From the IMG/VR virus record IMGVR_UViG_3300008120_000440, positions 5,127 to 69,126 of that record: a DNA stretch of 64,000 nucleotides, one strand, 5' to 3'. Below, one piece after another: positions 9,401 to 17,992 of this stretch. Below the pieces are notes generated by a model. The model was not told the DNA's origin. It saw nothing but the letters and a program-made list of their open reading frames with translations, and made no database searches. The position numbers and the translations under genes are program-made. This stretch comes from a virus. Numbering within the stretch: the first letter of the stretch is position 1; every line of letters starts with the position of its first letter.

Positions 9401-10027
9401 CTAAAGAAACTCTTCAACCGTATAAAAAGCGGGCGTAGTAAATCTATCCGCACCGACAATCCTTTTTACACCGTGCAGATAGTGAATATCTCCTGGGTGC
9501 ATGACGGCAAGTCCAGGGCGAGGTTTGACAATAATGTCGTGGTCTGGGTAATACAGTTCTCCGCCATCAAAATTGTCATTATAGTAAAACAGTGCATTTA
9601 GGTCGTAGTCGGTAAACGGGTTGGGTGAGCCATCAAGCATTTGCTTATCGGCGTGTGGGCGCTGTTCAAGCCCATGAAACCATCTAACTATTACAGGACT
9701 TCGTTTGCTAAGTTTAACTTTGTAAAAATTTTCTGCATATTTTTGTAATTTAACGATGTAGAAGTCAATCAAGTCATGGACTTCCTGGCTGTGTTTTTCT
9801 ATCAAGTGCGCTGGGCACTGACGGTCATTCCAGTACTTGGCGTTGTATGTGCATACGCCATTTTCATCGTATTGATTTTCTGATGCAGGATTTTCCCATT
9901 CTGTTATTGAGGTGGCAAAACTATAAATTTTGTTTAGGTCATTTAATTCAATGAAATTATCAAGAATTAAAATGTTGTCTTTTGATGTGCCAAAATATCC
10001 AGGCGGAACTTTCCACGGGGAGGTCAT
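9401..10027 (-). CDS. Prolyl-4-hydroxylase-like 2OG-Fe(II) oxygenase
   Basis: QRPHADK, YYNDNFDGGELYY, HGVKRIVGADRF. Confidence 0.9.
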   Translation of the reverse strand: MTSPWKVPPGYFGTSKDNILILDNFIELNDLNKIYSFATSITEWENPASENQYDENGVCTYNAKYWNDRQCPAHLIEKHSQEVHDLIDFYIVKLQKYAENFYKVKLSKRSPVIVRWFHGLEQRPHADKQMLDGSPNPFTDYDLNALFYYNDNFDGGELYYPDHDIIVKPRPGLAVMHPGDIHYLHGVKRIVGADRFTTPAFYTVEEFL

Positions 10028-10044
10028 TGTTGAATCTTATCCGA

Positions 10045-10707
10045 TTACAGAATCCTGAAGAAAGCATTTATGGAAAATCTCTCCCCTTTTGTTACTGGCT
10101 TAATTTCATGCACCATTGACTTCGTTGAGGTATTGCTTAAAATAACCGCAGAACCACAGATTGGTTGCCACGAAACTCCTAGTTCCTCAAAATGTATAGA
10201 ACCACCTTCAAAATCTTCATTTAAAAACATAAAACAACTGAAGTCAATATTTACTAGTTGATTACCATTCAACACAGGACCGTCCTGATGTGGCGGCATT
10301 GTTGCTCCAGTTTTGCCACGGCGGAATATTGTCGCCATAAGTTCAAGTTCTTCTATGTCAAACATAGTGCTTATTTGTTTTGCAACTAAAGCGACATGCC
10401 TGTCGGTTAGCGCCCATAGTTCCGTGTCTTCGCGATAGTTTATTGTGAAACCATTATTTTTAGTTGGTTTTGGGTTTTCGGAAAAAGACGGAACATAATA
10501 AGGCGACCCATTGCGGAGTTTGGTCGGCGCTTCTTCCCATCCCATTTTCCCAACAGCGTTATCTGCTGTGGATATTTGCTTTCCGTCTTTGGTTATCTCA
10601 AAATTAAATTTGTCATCTGATTTTATTGCTAAATCAACAATGTCTTTAGCGTCAGCGTCCGAAATGAAATTTGGGATAATTGTAAGACTTGTTGTTTTTC
10701 GCTGCAT
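10045..10707 (-). CDS. Prolyl-4-hydroxylase-like 2OG-Fe(II) oxygenase
   Basis: MPPHQDG, FLNEDFEGG, HEIKPVTKGERF. Confidence 0.88.
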   Translation of the reverse strand: MQRKTTSLTIIPNFISDADAKDIVDLAIKSDDKFNFEITKDGKQISTADNAVGKMGWEEAPTKLRNGSPYYVPSFSENPKPTKNNGFTINYREDTELWALTDRHVALVAKQISTMFDIEELELMATIFRRGKTGATMPPHQDGPVLNGNQLVNIDFSCFMFLNEDFEGGSIHFEELGVSWQPICGSAVILSNTSTKSMVHEIKPVTKGERFSINAFFRIL

Positions 10708-10730
10708 AAGCCCTCTTTGTAATAATTAAA

Positions 10731-10743
10731 GCGATTTTATCGC
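10731..10743 (-). promoter_or_regulatory. Putative -10 box (TAAAAT) inside the imperfect palindrome GCGATAAAATCGC, upstream of the oxygenase operon
   Basis: Minus strand TGCGATAAAATCGC followed by RBS-like AGAGGG and ATG 10707. Confidence 0.45.
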
Positions 10744-10749
10744 AGTTAA

Positions 10750-11442
10750 CTACTTGAATGCAGGCGGGAAAAACGGCGGGAAAAACGGCGGGAAGAACGG
10801 CGGGAAGAACGGCGGGAAGAACGGTGGGAAATACGGTGGAAAGAACGGAGGGAAGAACGGTGGGAAATACGGAGGAGCAACTGGTGTTACTGAGTTTGAT
10901 GAAGCAGAATCAGCAGAGCCATAAACATTGGAAGCCCTAACAATAAATGTATAAGCAGTTCCGTTTGTTAGTCCAGTCACAGTAATTGGCGAACCACCAG
11001 TTCCAGTGACGCTTCCAGGACTTGAAATTGCTGTGTATGTAACTCCGCCAGACCCAACTGACCCAGCGGTATATGTAACAGTTGCCTGAGCGTTTCCAGC
11101 AGTTGCTGTTCCAATGGTTGGCGCAGATGGCCTAATTCCTGGTGTTACAGAACTTGAAGTGGCAGAAACATCAGAAAGAACTCCATTCCCAGCAGTTGCG
11201 CGAACGGTAAATGTGTATGCGGTTCCCGCATTCAGCGTGGTGAATACGGCTGGAGAGGCACCAGTTACTGTTTGTCCACCACTTGATGTGACCGTATATG
11301 TGATGGTGCTCTTACCAGTATATGTTGAAGCAGTAAATGGAACAGAGACATGGCCATTCGTGTTATTGAATGTTGGAGTGCCAATGGTCGGAGTGGTTGG
11401 CTTTTTACCACCACTATCAAGTGATTGATTTTGTGCTCCCAT
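10750..11442 (-). CDS. Two fibronectin type III domains plus C-terminal (PP[F/Y/A]F)10 tail; probable virion-surface or fibre-associated protein
   Basis: Two copies of P..PTIGT...YT..SS.G...L..GTAYTF.VRA; Pro/Phe repeat tail. Confidence 0.85.
   Translation of the reverse strand: MGAQNQSLDSGGKKPTTPTIGTPTFNNTNGHVSVPFTASTYTGKSTITYTVTSSGGQTVTGASPAVFTTLNAGTAYTFTVRATAGNGVLSDVSATSSSVTPGIRPSAPTIGTATAGNAQATVTYTAGSVGSGGVTYTAISSPGSVTGTGGSPITVTGLTNGTAYTFIVRASNVYGSADSASSNSVTPVAPPYFPPFFPPFFPPYFPPFFPPFFPPFFPPFFPPFFPPAFK
10756..10875 (-). repeat. 10 x 12-bp coding repeat for PPYF/PPFF/PPAF
   Basis: Period-12 repeat with synonymous variation in Pro and Phe codons. Confidence 0.95.
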
Positions 11443-11445
11443 AAA

Positions 11446-14100
11446 TTATGCCGAAAGGTCTCCTACAGCAACCCATGTATCTGATGCCCGCTTGATTAGC
11501 GTAACATACGACCATTGAGCGCGAACTTTTAACCCTGGAGTACCGTTAATCGTGACTCCAGCGCCTGCGGTTATTGTAGTCTGCCCAGAGCCTGTTTGGA
11601 GCACATTTATTTGTGTTCCAGTTGGAAAGTTGACCGATGATGCTGGCGGCACGGTAAGGGTGTTTGCTGAACCAACGCCCATTTCAACAATTTTTGACCT
11701 ATCGCTTAACACGAGCGTGTAATTTGCTGTCTGGGCATTAGTCACTACATCTGCCAATTTTGATATGGCAATGTTTGCACTACTGCTAATTTCTGCGTCA
11801 ACAATAGTGTTGTCGGCAATCATCGCTGCCGTCACGGTCTGGTTTGGGAGTGTCACGGTACCCGTGAATGTTGGACTATTGATTGGCGCAAAGTATGCAA
11901 TACTTTGACCATCAAGGAAGTCGGCATTTAGGTTTGTTACAACCGTTGTAGAGGCTACGGTAAATGGGGCAGTCCCAGTTGCAACTGTGCTTTGGAAGGT
12001 GTTTGCTACAACATCTGCCGCAGCGTATGAGGCGTGTGCAGTGTTGATTGGGTTTGTCGGCTCAACGGTCAAACCTTTAAAGAACTTAAACTTTTGCCCA
12101 TCTGATGCGTCTGCAAAAAGACCAGCATGTCGGTATGTGCCGTCGTTATAGTTGCCCGCAAAACCAAGGTCTGGGTTGGATACGGTGCTTCCATCGTTGA
12201 GGTAAATCAACGGGTCTTCAATTGCGAGGCTCTCTTGGTTAACGGTTGTTGTCGTTCCAGTTACCTGAAGGTTTCCGCCAACAACAACATTCCCAGTTGT
12301 TGTTACTTTCGCGAATGTCACTTCTGACGCTGTTCCAACTGCCTGGCCAATTGCAACCGTTGGCGTCGCTCCTTCACCAGAGTTATTTGTGAGCGTTACT
12401 CCCGTTCCAGCAACAAGCGAGGCAACATAATCTCCACTTGTATCGGTTCCAAGGGCAACAGAGTTTGAAGCAATAGTTGCGGTAAGTGTTCCATTGCCAA
12501 GGTTGGTCAGTGTTACGGTTCCAGTCAAGTCTCCAGCAAGAGTTATGACTGGTGAGGCAGCCGAACTTGCCTTGCTATCTAACTGCGTTTGAATAGCAGA
12601 TGTAACACCATCAACATAATTGAGTTCAGTTGTTGAAAGCGTAGCACCATCAAGAATATTCAATTCTGCAGCAGTTGAGGTGACTCCAGTTAAGTCCGTT
12701 GGAGCAATGTTAATTGATGCAGTTCCATCAAATGCCTGACCAGCAATGTTTCTGGCTGTTTGCAATTTTGTTGCTGTGCTTGCATTTCCTGTAACTTCAC
12801 CAGTCAGGTTTGCGGTCACTGTTGCAAAAGTTACATTTGATGTAGTCCCAACAGCCTGCCCAATAGCAATTGCTGGGGTGGTTCCCTCCCCGCTGTTGTT
12901 GGTGATGGTTACGCCAGTCCCTTCAACCAAAGAGGCAACATATGAACCAGTTGTATTCGTCCCAAGGGTTAATTCAACATTGCTTGTCGTTACACCAAGC
13001 ACACGGCCGTAACCGTCTCGCGATATTGCCGAGACAAAAGCAAGACCAGCAGAACCAGAGTTATCTGATTGATTTATTGTCGCAAGGTCAATGCTGTCAG
13101 CACCAACAAAAATTCGTCCAGCGTCAGCGGTTGCAACATTCAGTGTATTTCCAGTAACCGTTAATCCGTTACCAGGGTTGAAAGACGCAGTTCCACTGTA
13201 TTGGACGAATGTGATGTCGTCAGTTCCAATGATGTGCGCGCCACCCGTGCCAGTACCAGTTGTTGATACTGAAAATTGCTGATAGTAGTTATTTGTTCCC
13301 TCACGAACACCAACTGATTCGCCGACTTTTATTTGTCCTGCGTGAGAACCGTTCATGTCGCTAGCGCGAGTCAGAATCCAGTGTGAGCCAGCGCTACCTT
13401 GTGCGGTTACATCGTAAACACCATTGTGGGCGGCGTTTGCTTGATTTTTTACAAGAACACGGTCTGTGGTATTTGCATTTGTTCCATCAATCACAAGTCG
13501 CGCATTTGATGATGACTCAAGCGTTGCGCCAATTCCATATCCGCCGTCTAAGTCAAGGGTGCCAGCGGTGTATGACGGCGTGTTTGGCAATGCGGCTGCT
13601 GTAGCAAGTCGGGCAGTCTTGTGCCAGTGCTCTTCGCCAAGTCGCGCCTCAAGGGATGTGGCATTGATGATGTCGTAGTAATCGGTTCCGTTTTCTGTTA
13701 CTTGCCACTTATCGGTTGATTCATTCCAACGCAAAACAACATTTGTTGAATCGCCGCGCTCAACTTCTATTCCAGAGTTCAAAGATGGGGAGCCAGTTAC
13801 GCCAGAGTTAAGAATGACAATATTGTCCTCAACCGACAGTGTTGCCGTGTTGAGAGTGGTCGTATTGCCACTTACAGTAAGGTCGCCAGAAACTACGAGA
13901 TTATTGAAAGTGACATTATCTGTTGTTCCGACTCTCTGTCCGACGGTGTAGGCGAGCGAGGTCCATGCGGTTGTGCCGTCACCAATCTTGAACTTGCCAG
14001 TATTTGTCTCAAATCCAACTTCGCCGCTGGACAGGGTGGGGTTAGCGGATGTCCAGTTAGCCGCCGTATCGCGACGGAAAAGTATCTTCTTGTAAGCCAT
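11446..14100 (-). CDS. Tail fibre protein (N-terminal Mtd/hyaluronidase-like motif)
   Basis: RRDTAANWTSANPTLSSGEVGFETNTGKFKIGDG; DRVLVKNQ..HNGVY; Thr/Gly-rich repeats. Confidence 0.85.
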   Translation of the reverse strand: MAYKKILFRRDTAANWTSANPTLSSGEVGFETNTGKFKIGDGTTAWTSLAYTVGQRVGTTDNVTFNNLVVSGDLTVSGNTTTLNTATLSVEDNIVILNSGVTGSPSLNSGIEVERGDSTNVVLRWNESTDKWQVTENGTDYYDIINATSLEARLGEEHWHKTARLATAAALPNTPSYTAGTLDLDGGYGIGATLESSSNARLVIDGTNANTTDRVLVKNQANAAHNGVYDVTAQGSAGSHWILTRASDMNGSHAGQIKVGESVGVREGTNNYYQQFSVSTTGTGTGGAHIIGTDDITFVQYSGTASFNPGNGLTVTGNTLNVATADAGRIFVGADSIDLATINQSDNSGSAGLAFVSAISRDGYGRVLGVTTSNVELTLGTNTTGSYVASLVEGTGVTITNNSGEGTTPAIAIGQAVGTTSNVTFATVTANLTGEVTGNASTATKLQTARNIAGQAFDGTASINIAPTDLTGVTSTAAELNILDGATLSTTELNYVDGVTSAIQTQLDSKASSAASPVITLAGDLTGTVTLTNLGNGTLTATIASNSVALGTDTSGDYVASLVAGTGVTLTNNSGEGATPTVAIGQAVGTASEVTFAKVTTTGNVVVGGNLQVTGTTTTVNQESLAIEDPLIYLNDGSTVSNPDLGFAGNYNDGTYRHAGLFADASDGQKFKFFKGLTVEPTNPINTAHASYAAADVVANTFQSTVATGTAPFTVASTTVVTNLNADFLDGQSIAYFAPINSPTFTGTVTLPNQTVTAAMIADNTIVDAEISSSANIAISKLADVVTNAQTANYTLVLSDRSKIVEMGVGSANTLTVPPASSVNFPTGTQINVLQTGSGQTTITAGAGVTINGTPGLKVRAQWSYVTLIKRASDTWVAVGDLSA

Positions 14101-14279
14101 TAGGCATCGCCTCCATCTACTGTGTTGATATCGCCAGAAACCGCTGTTGACGACAATCCACCGTCAATTATCGCATATAAATTGCGTCTACTCCATGTGG
14201 TACCACTCCATACGAAGAGTTTGCCGACAATGAAAAATTGGTCATTTGTTGATGGTGATGCTGGAAATGAAATAGCCAT
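14100..14279 (-). CDS. Small fibre-associated protein (59 aa, absent from ORF track)
   Basis: MAISFPASPSTNDQFF...VDGGDA resembles the N-terminus of the upstream fibre (MAMNFPNSPATND); AGGAG RBS; TAATG overlap with next gene. Confidence 0.75.
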   Translation of the reverse strand: MAISFPASPSTNDQFFIVGKLFVWSGTTWSRRNLYAIIDGGLSSTAVSGDINTVDGGDA

Positions 14280-14286
14280 GATTCTC

Positions 14287-16914
14287 CTACGATGCGCTCA
14301 GGTCGCCGAATAGTATCCACTCGTCAGCGGCTCGTTTTACCAGCGTGGCAACGGAGTATCGGGCCGACAGATAGAAACCAGGGTTTGAGCGAACAGTGAC
14401 CCCAGCATCACCAATAATTTGCGTTTTGCCAGTTCCGTACTGATAAACCGATATTTTTGTTCCGATTGGGAATTGAACCGAAGAGTTCAATGGAATTGTA
14501 ACGGTATTGGCCGAAGAGGAATCTCGCTCAATTGTTTTATTCATGTCCGTCAACACGAGGGTGTAATTTGATGCTGAAGAAGCAGAAATGCCAACCAAAG
14601 ATGTGTTAGCCCATTCTGTGCCGTTATACGAGAGCACTTGGCCATATGTCTCTCCGTCAATGAGCACATCGGTCAAATCTCGCAGGTCTGTCACCAATGG
14701 GTCGTCGTTGAACAATTGGACCCATGCTGACGAGTAATAGATGTAAGCATCAAGGGTCAGCGAGTTGTACCAAAGGTCGCCTTGTTCTGCTGGAGAAGGA
14801 GCAGTGTCTGAAACAGTAATGCTGCTGCTAGAAACTGGGGCAGATGTTGTCCAGGTAGTTCCATTAAAGGAAATCAAGTCACCAGTTGTTGCACCAGATG
14901 TTGTGAGTTTGGACAAAGCAATTGCCGCACTAGAACTAATGTCTTCGTCAACAATGGTTCCATTTTGAATCATCGCGCTGGTTACTGTTCCAGTATCGGC
15001 TGTCGTCACTACTGGTACGGTTGAACCGTTTGTAACGCGACCATATGTATCAACGGTTACTGAGTTGAATGTTCCAGTAGATGTAACAACATTGCTTCTT
15101 AATGCAATTGTCGGTGTTGCACCTTCTAGGCCGCTGTTATTTGTAAGCGTTATTCCCGCTCCCTCAACCAGCGAAGCAACATATCCACCAGTCGTGTCAG
15201 TTCCCAGTGCGATTGAACCACTGAGCGCTACAGTTCCGCTTGCGTTTGGAAGCGTAATTGTTCTGTCTGCAGTCGGGTCCACGACTTGCACGATTGTTTC
15301 ATAATCATTTGCAGTTGCGCCTTCAAAAACAACCGCACCGCCAACGATGACACTTCCAGCAACGCTCAAGTCACCTGGGTCGGCAATTGAAGGAGCAGCA
15401 ATAACTTGGGCCGAGCCCGCTATTTCTATTTTCCCGCCACCTGTTGCAGCGTTTGAAGTTACTCTTACGAACCTGGTTGCTTCGTGACTTATTAACTCAA
15501 CAGTTCCAGTATTCGGTGCAATAAGTCTTATTCCGCTTGATGTTCCGTTATTGTCTGCCAAAAGCGCAGTTCGTGCTCTTGAGTCAGTGAAATAGATGTT
15601 TGTTGTTCCTTCTGCAACATCGTCGATGTCATCCAGGACCACTGTTCCCATTGCCGTTGAATGGTCAAGGGCGTTATGGCGGGTATCGGTTAGGTACTGA
15701 GTGTGGTCATCATCTGAAAGACCAGTCATTGACCCATGGTCGGACACTGGCGTTGATGGGACCGTGCTTCCGTTGGAATGTATTCGGCGCAAATCATAAA
15801 TACCGCGAATAGCAGCATTTACGGAGTTTGTAAATGAGTCAGTTCCTTGGAATACAACCTTATGCAATGGACGGAATTCAACAATTGGAAATCCGTCAAG
15901 ATTGAGTCCTTCCCACAAAGCCGCTTCCGCTTCACCAATAGTGTTGTATGAAGCCTGCCCCATGATTGCAATGACTGGTTCGTTTAAGTTATTTGTTGCA
16001 ATAATCCAAGAGATAGCAAACTTATTATTGTCAATATCTGTTGTTGACCAGTTTGGTGAACTGAACAAGTTGAATTGAGGGCGCGATGTTCCCTGCTTGA
16101 ATGCAAATTCTGTTGCACTATCTTTTTTCCAGTGATTGTTCAAGCGATAGAAGACAGGGATTTCAGCATTGCCTTCAAGAATCTGTTCCCATGTGTTTGC
16201 CGTTGGCGTATTGGAATGAGAAATATCCACTTGTAAATCTTCATCAAAAAATGTTCCACCAGCAAGGTCAAATTTTGCATGGTCGTCAGAAGAACCATCA
16301 CCATCAATTGAATAACTGCTTACGCCAAAACCGTTTGCAATCGCTGCTCCGCGTGTTCTATGCAAGTATTCATGAGTCGCCCAATCAAGAGTTACACCGT
16401 GGCGCTCGTCGGCAAAAAAGTATGCTTTGTTATCTACTTCATTCCAGTAGATATATGCAGTTGGCGTATCGTTTTCCCAGTCAAAAAACGAAGTTCTGTA
16501 AGCCAATGTCCCAGATGAGTTAAAATAAATGTAGTAAAGACCAGATGTATCTGGTATTTGAACTGTTTGCGTAGTTGTTTTAACATACCTAATTCCAGTG
16601 CACCAAACAGTAAATGACGCACCAACAGGGGAAATAGAAAATTCTCTAGAACTTTCATCAAATGCTATGGTGCTCTCTGTTTTATCTTCGTGACCTATTG
16701 GCTCGCTAGATGGGCGAACCGCATTAACCCAATTGTTCCCATCAAACTCAAGAAGTTGGCCATTTGCTGCAGATGTAATTACAACATCACCAAGGTCATC
16801 AATGTCTATTGGTGTTGCAACTAATACCCATTTTTCACCATCGTAAGACCATGTATTTGAGCCAACCGTGTAAGTATCGTTGGTTGCTGGTGAATTAGGA
16901 AAGTTCATAGCCAT
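14287..16914 (-). CDS. Tail fibre protein
   Basis: Fibre motifs (DLGDVVITSAANGQ, DHGSMTGLSDDDHTQY, QGDLWYNS); C-terminal domain shared with 11446-14100. Confidence 0.8.
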   Translation of the reverse strand: MAMNFPNSPATNDTYTVGSNTWSYDGEKWVLVATPIDIDDLGDVVITSAANGQLLEFDGNNWVNAVRPSSEPIGHEDKTESTIAFDESSREFSISPVGASFTVWCTGIRYVKTTTQTVQIPDTSGLYYIYFNSSGTLAYRTSFFDWENDTPTAYIYWNEVDNKAYFFADERHGVTLDWATHEYLHRTRGAAIANGFGVSSYSIDGDGSSDDHAKFDLAGGTFFDEDLQVDISHSNTPTANTWEQILEGNAEIPVFYRLNNHWKKDSATEFAFKQGTSRPQFNLFSSPNWSTTDIDNNKFAISWIIATNNLNEPVIAIMGQASYNTIGEAEAALWEGLNLDGFPIVEFRPLHKVVFQGTDSFTNSVNAAIRGIYDLRRIHSNGSTVPSTPVSDHGSMTGLSDDDHTQYLTDTRHNALDHSTAMGTVVLDDIDDVAEGTTNIYFTDSRARTALLADNNGTSSGIRLIAPNTGTVELISHEATRFVRVTSNAATGGGKIEIAGSAQVIAAPSIADPGDLSVAGSVIVGGAVVFEGATANDYETIVQVVDPTADRTITLPNASGTVALSGSIALGTDTTGGYVASLVEGAGITLTNNSGLEGATPTIALRSNVVTSTGTFNSVTVDTYGRVTNGSTVPVVTTADTGTVTSAMIQNGTIVDEDISSSAAIALSKLTTSGATTGDLISFNGTTWTTSAPVSSSSITVSDTAPSPAEQGDLWYNSLTLDAYIYYSSAWVQLFNDDPLVTDLRDLTDVLIDGETYGQVLSYNGTEWANTSLVGISASSASNYTLVLTDMNKTIERDSSSANTVTIPLNSSVQFPIGTKISVYQYGTGKTQIIGDAGVTVRSNPGFYLSARYSVATLVKRAADEWILFGDLSAS

Positions 16915-17937
16915 TATGCAGCCTCATAACTTCCTGAGATGGTGATGTTGTCAGCAGTACCCCAAATAAATGGACCACCATTACCAACAGATGCCCATGT
17001 TGTTACTGATGCACTGGTGCCAGGAATGATTACTGCAAAACTTGATGTTGAGCCAGTGTAATTACCGTTACCAATTCCTCCGTACCAAGCGACAGAGTCA
17101 TCAAGTATTGCTGCTGGTTCCATTGTTCAGCGCAAAACCACCACCATCAGCAGTAATTGTTGGGGTATAAGATGTCCATGCGGTTGACTCAATTGAGATA
17201 GTTGCTGTTGAACCCTCTCCAGGTGTATGCGAAACAGAAATTCCAGTTCCAGCCGACACATCAGATACATAGTTGCCCGTGGTATCAGTCCCTAGGGCAA
17301 CGCTATTTGCCTGTATTGTTGTGGTTATTGATGCATTTGCGGAACCATCAAATGAAACAGTTCCTGTTACATCTCCAGTAAGGGCAATATTCCTTGCTGT
17401 TTGCAATTTTGTTGCGGTAGCAGCGTTGCCAGTGATGCTGTCGGCAACAACTCCACTACCGCTGTTGCCAATTTCAACCCAAAAAGCATCATAATAAACA
17501 AATGTTTTACCAGTATCAGACTCGTACCACAGGTCGCCTTCTGTTAAGTCTTCTGTTGGGACCGCATCGGATACGGTTAATGTTGCTCCGCTTGCATTGA
17601 CTTCATTCCAGGCATCATTTGAACGGAAATAAAAAACATGATTTGTGGTGTCAATTGCAATTGCACCATTTGCTAGCGATGCTGTTGGCGCACCATTTGT
17701 GGCAAGGGTGACAACTCCAGAAAGTGCCTGAAATACATCGTCGGTTTTGAGGACATTCGCGCTATCACGGTAGAGATTTGTATCCCCAGTCGCTGAGCCA
17801 GATGCCCATGTAATTCTGCCGCCTGCATCAATGCGTACTCTAGGGTAAGTATCAGACCCAACTCGTGCTGAAATAGCCTCATCACTTACGCTTGAGAACT
17901 CTGTTCCGCGTAGCGGTGTCCCTACAAATCTTGTCAT
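16914..17937 (-). CDS. Tail fibre protein split by a frameshift near 17115 (ORFs 17101-17937 and 16914-17123)
   Basis: WTSYTPTIT...NNGT is followed in another frame by PAAILDDS...ITISGSYEAA, which look like two ends of one fibre-tip domain. Confidence 0.7.
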
Positions 17938-17938
17938 T

Positions 17939-17986
17939 GATACAGCCTCAACTGTCTCTTTATGTTTGTCACACCCCTCAAGGTGC
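17939..17986 (-). promoter_or_regulatory. Tandem hairpins with identical UUGAGG tops overlapping the RBS (putative translational operator)
   Basis: GCACC-TTGAGG-GGTGT and ACAG-TTGAGG-CTGT immediately before ATG 17937. Confidence 0.5.
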
Positions 17987-17992
17987 TATGTA

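Noticed and set aside
10756-10875. 12-bp repeat as CRISPR array or non-coding VNTR
   Set aside because: No spacers; in frame within a CDS with variation mainly at synonymous positions
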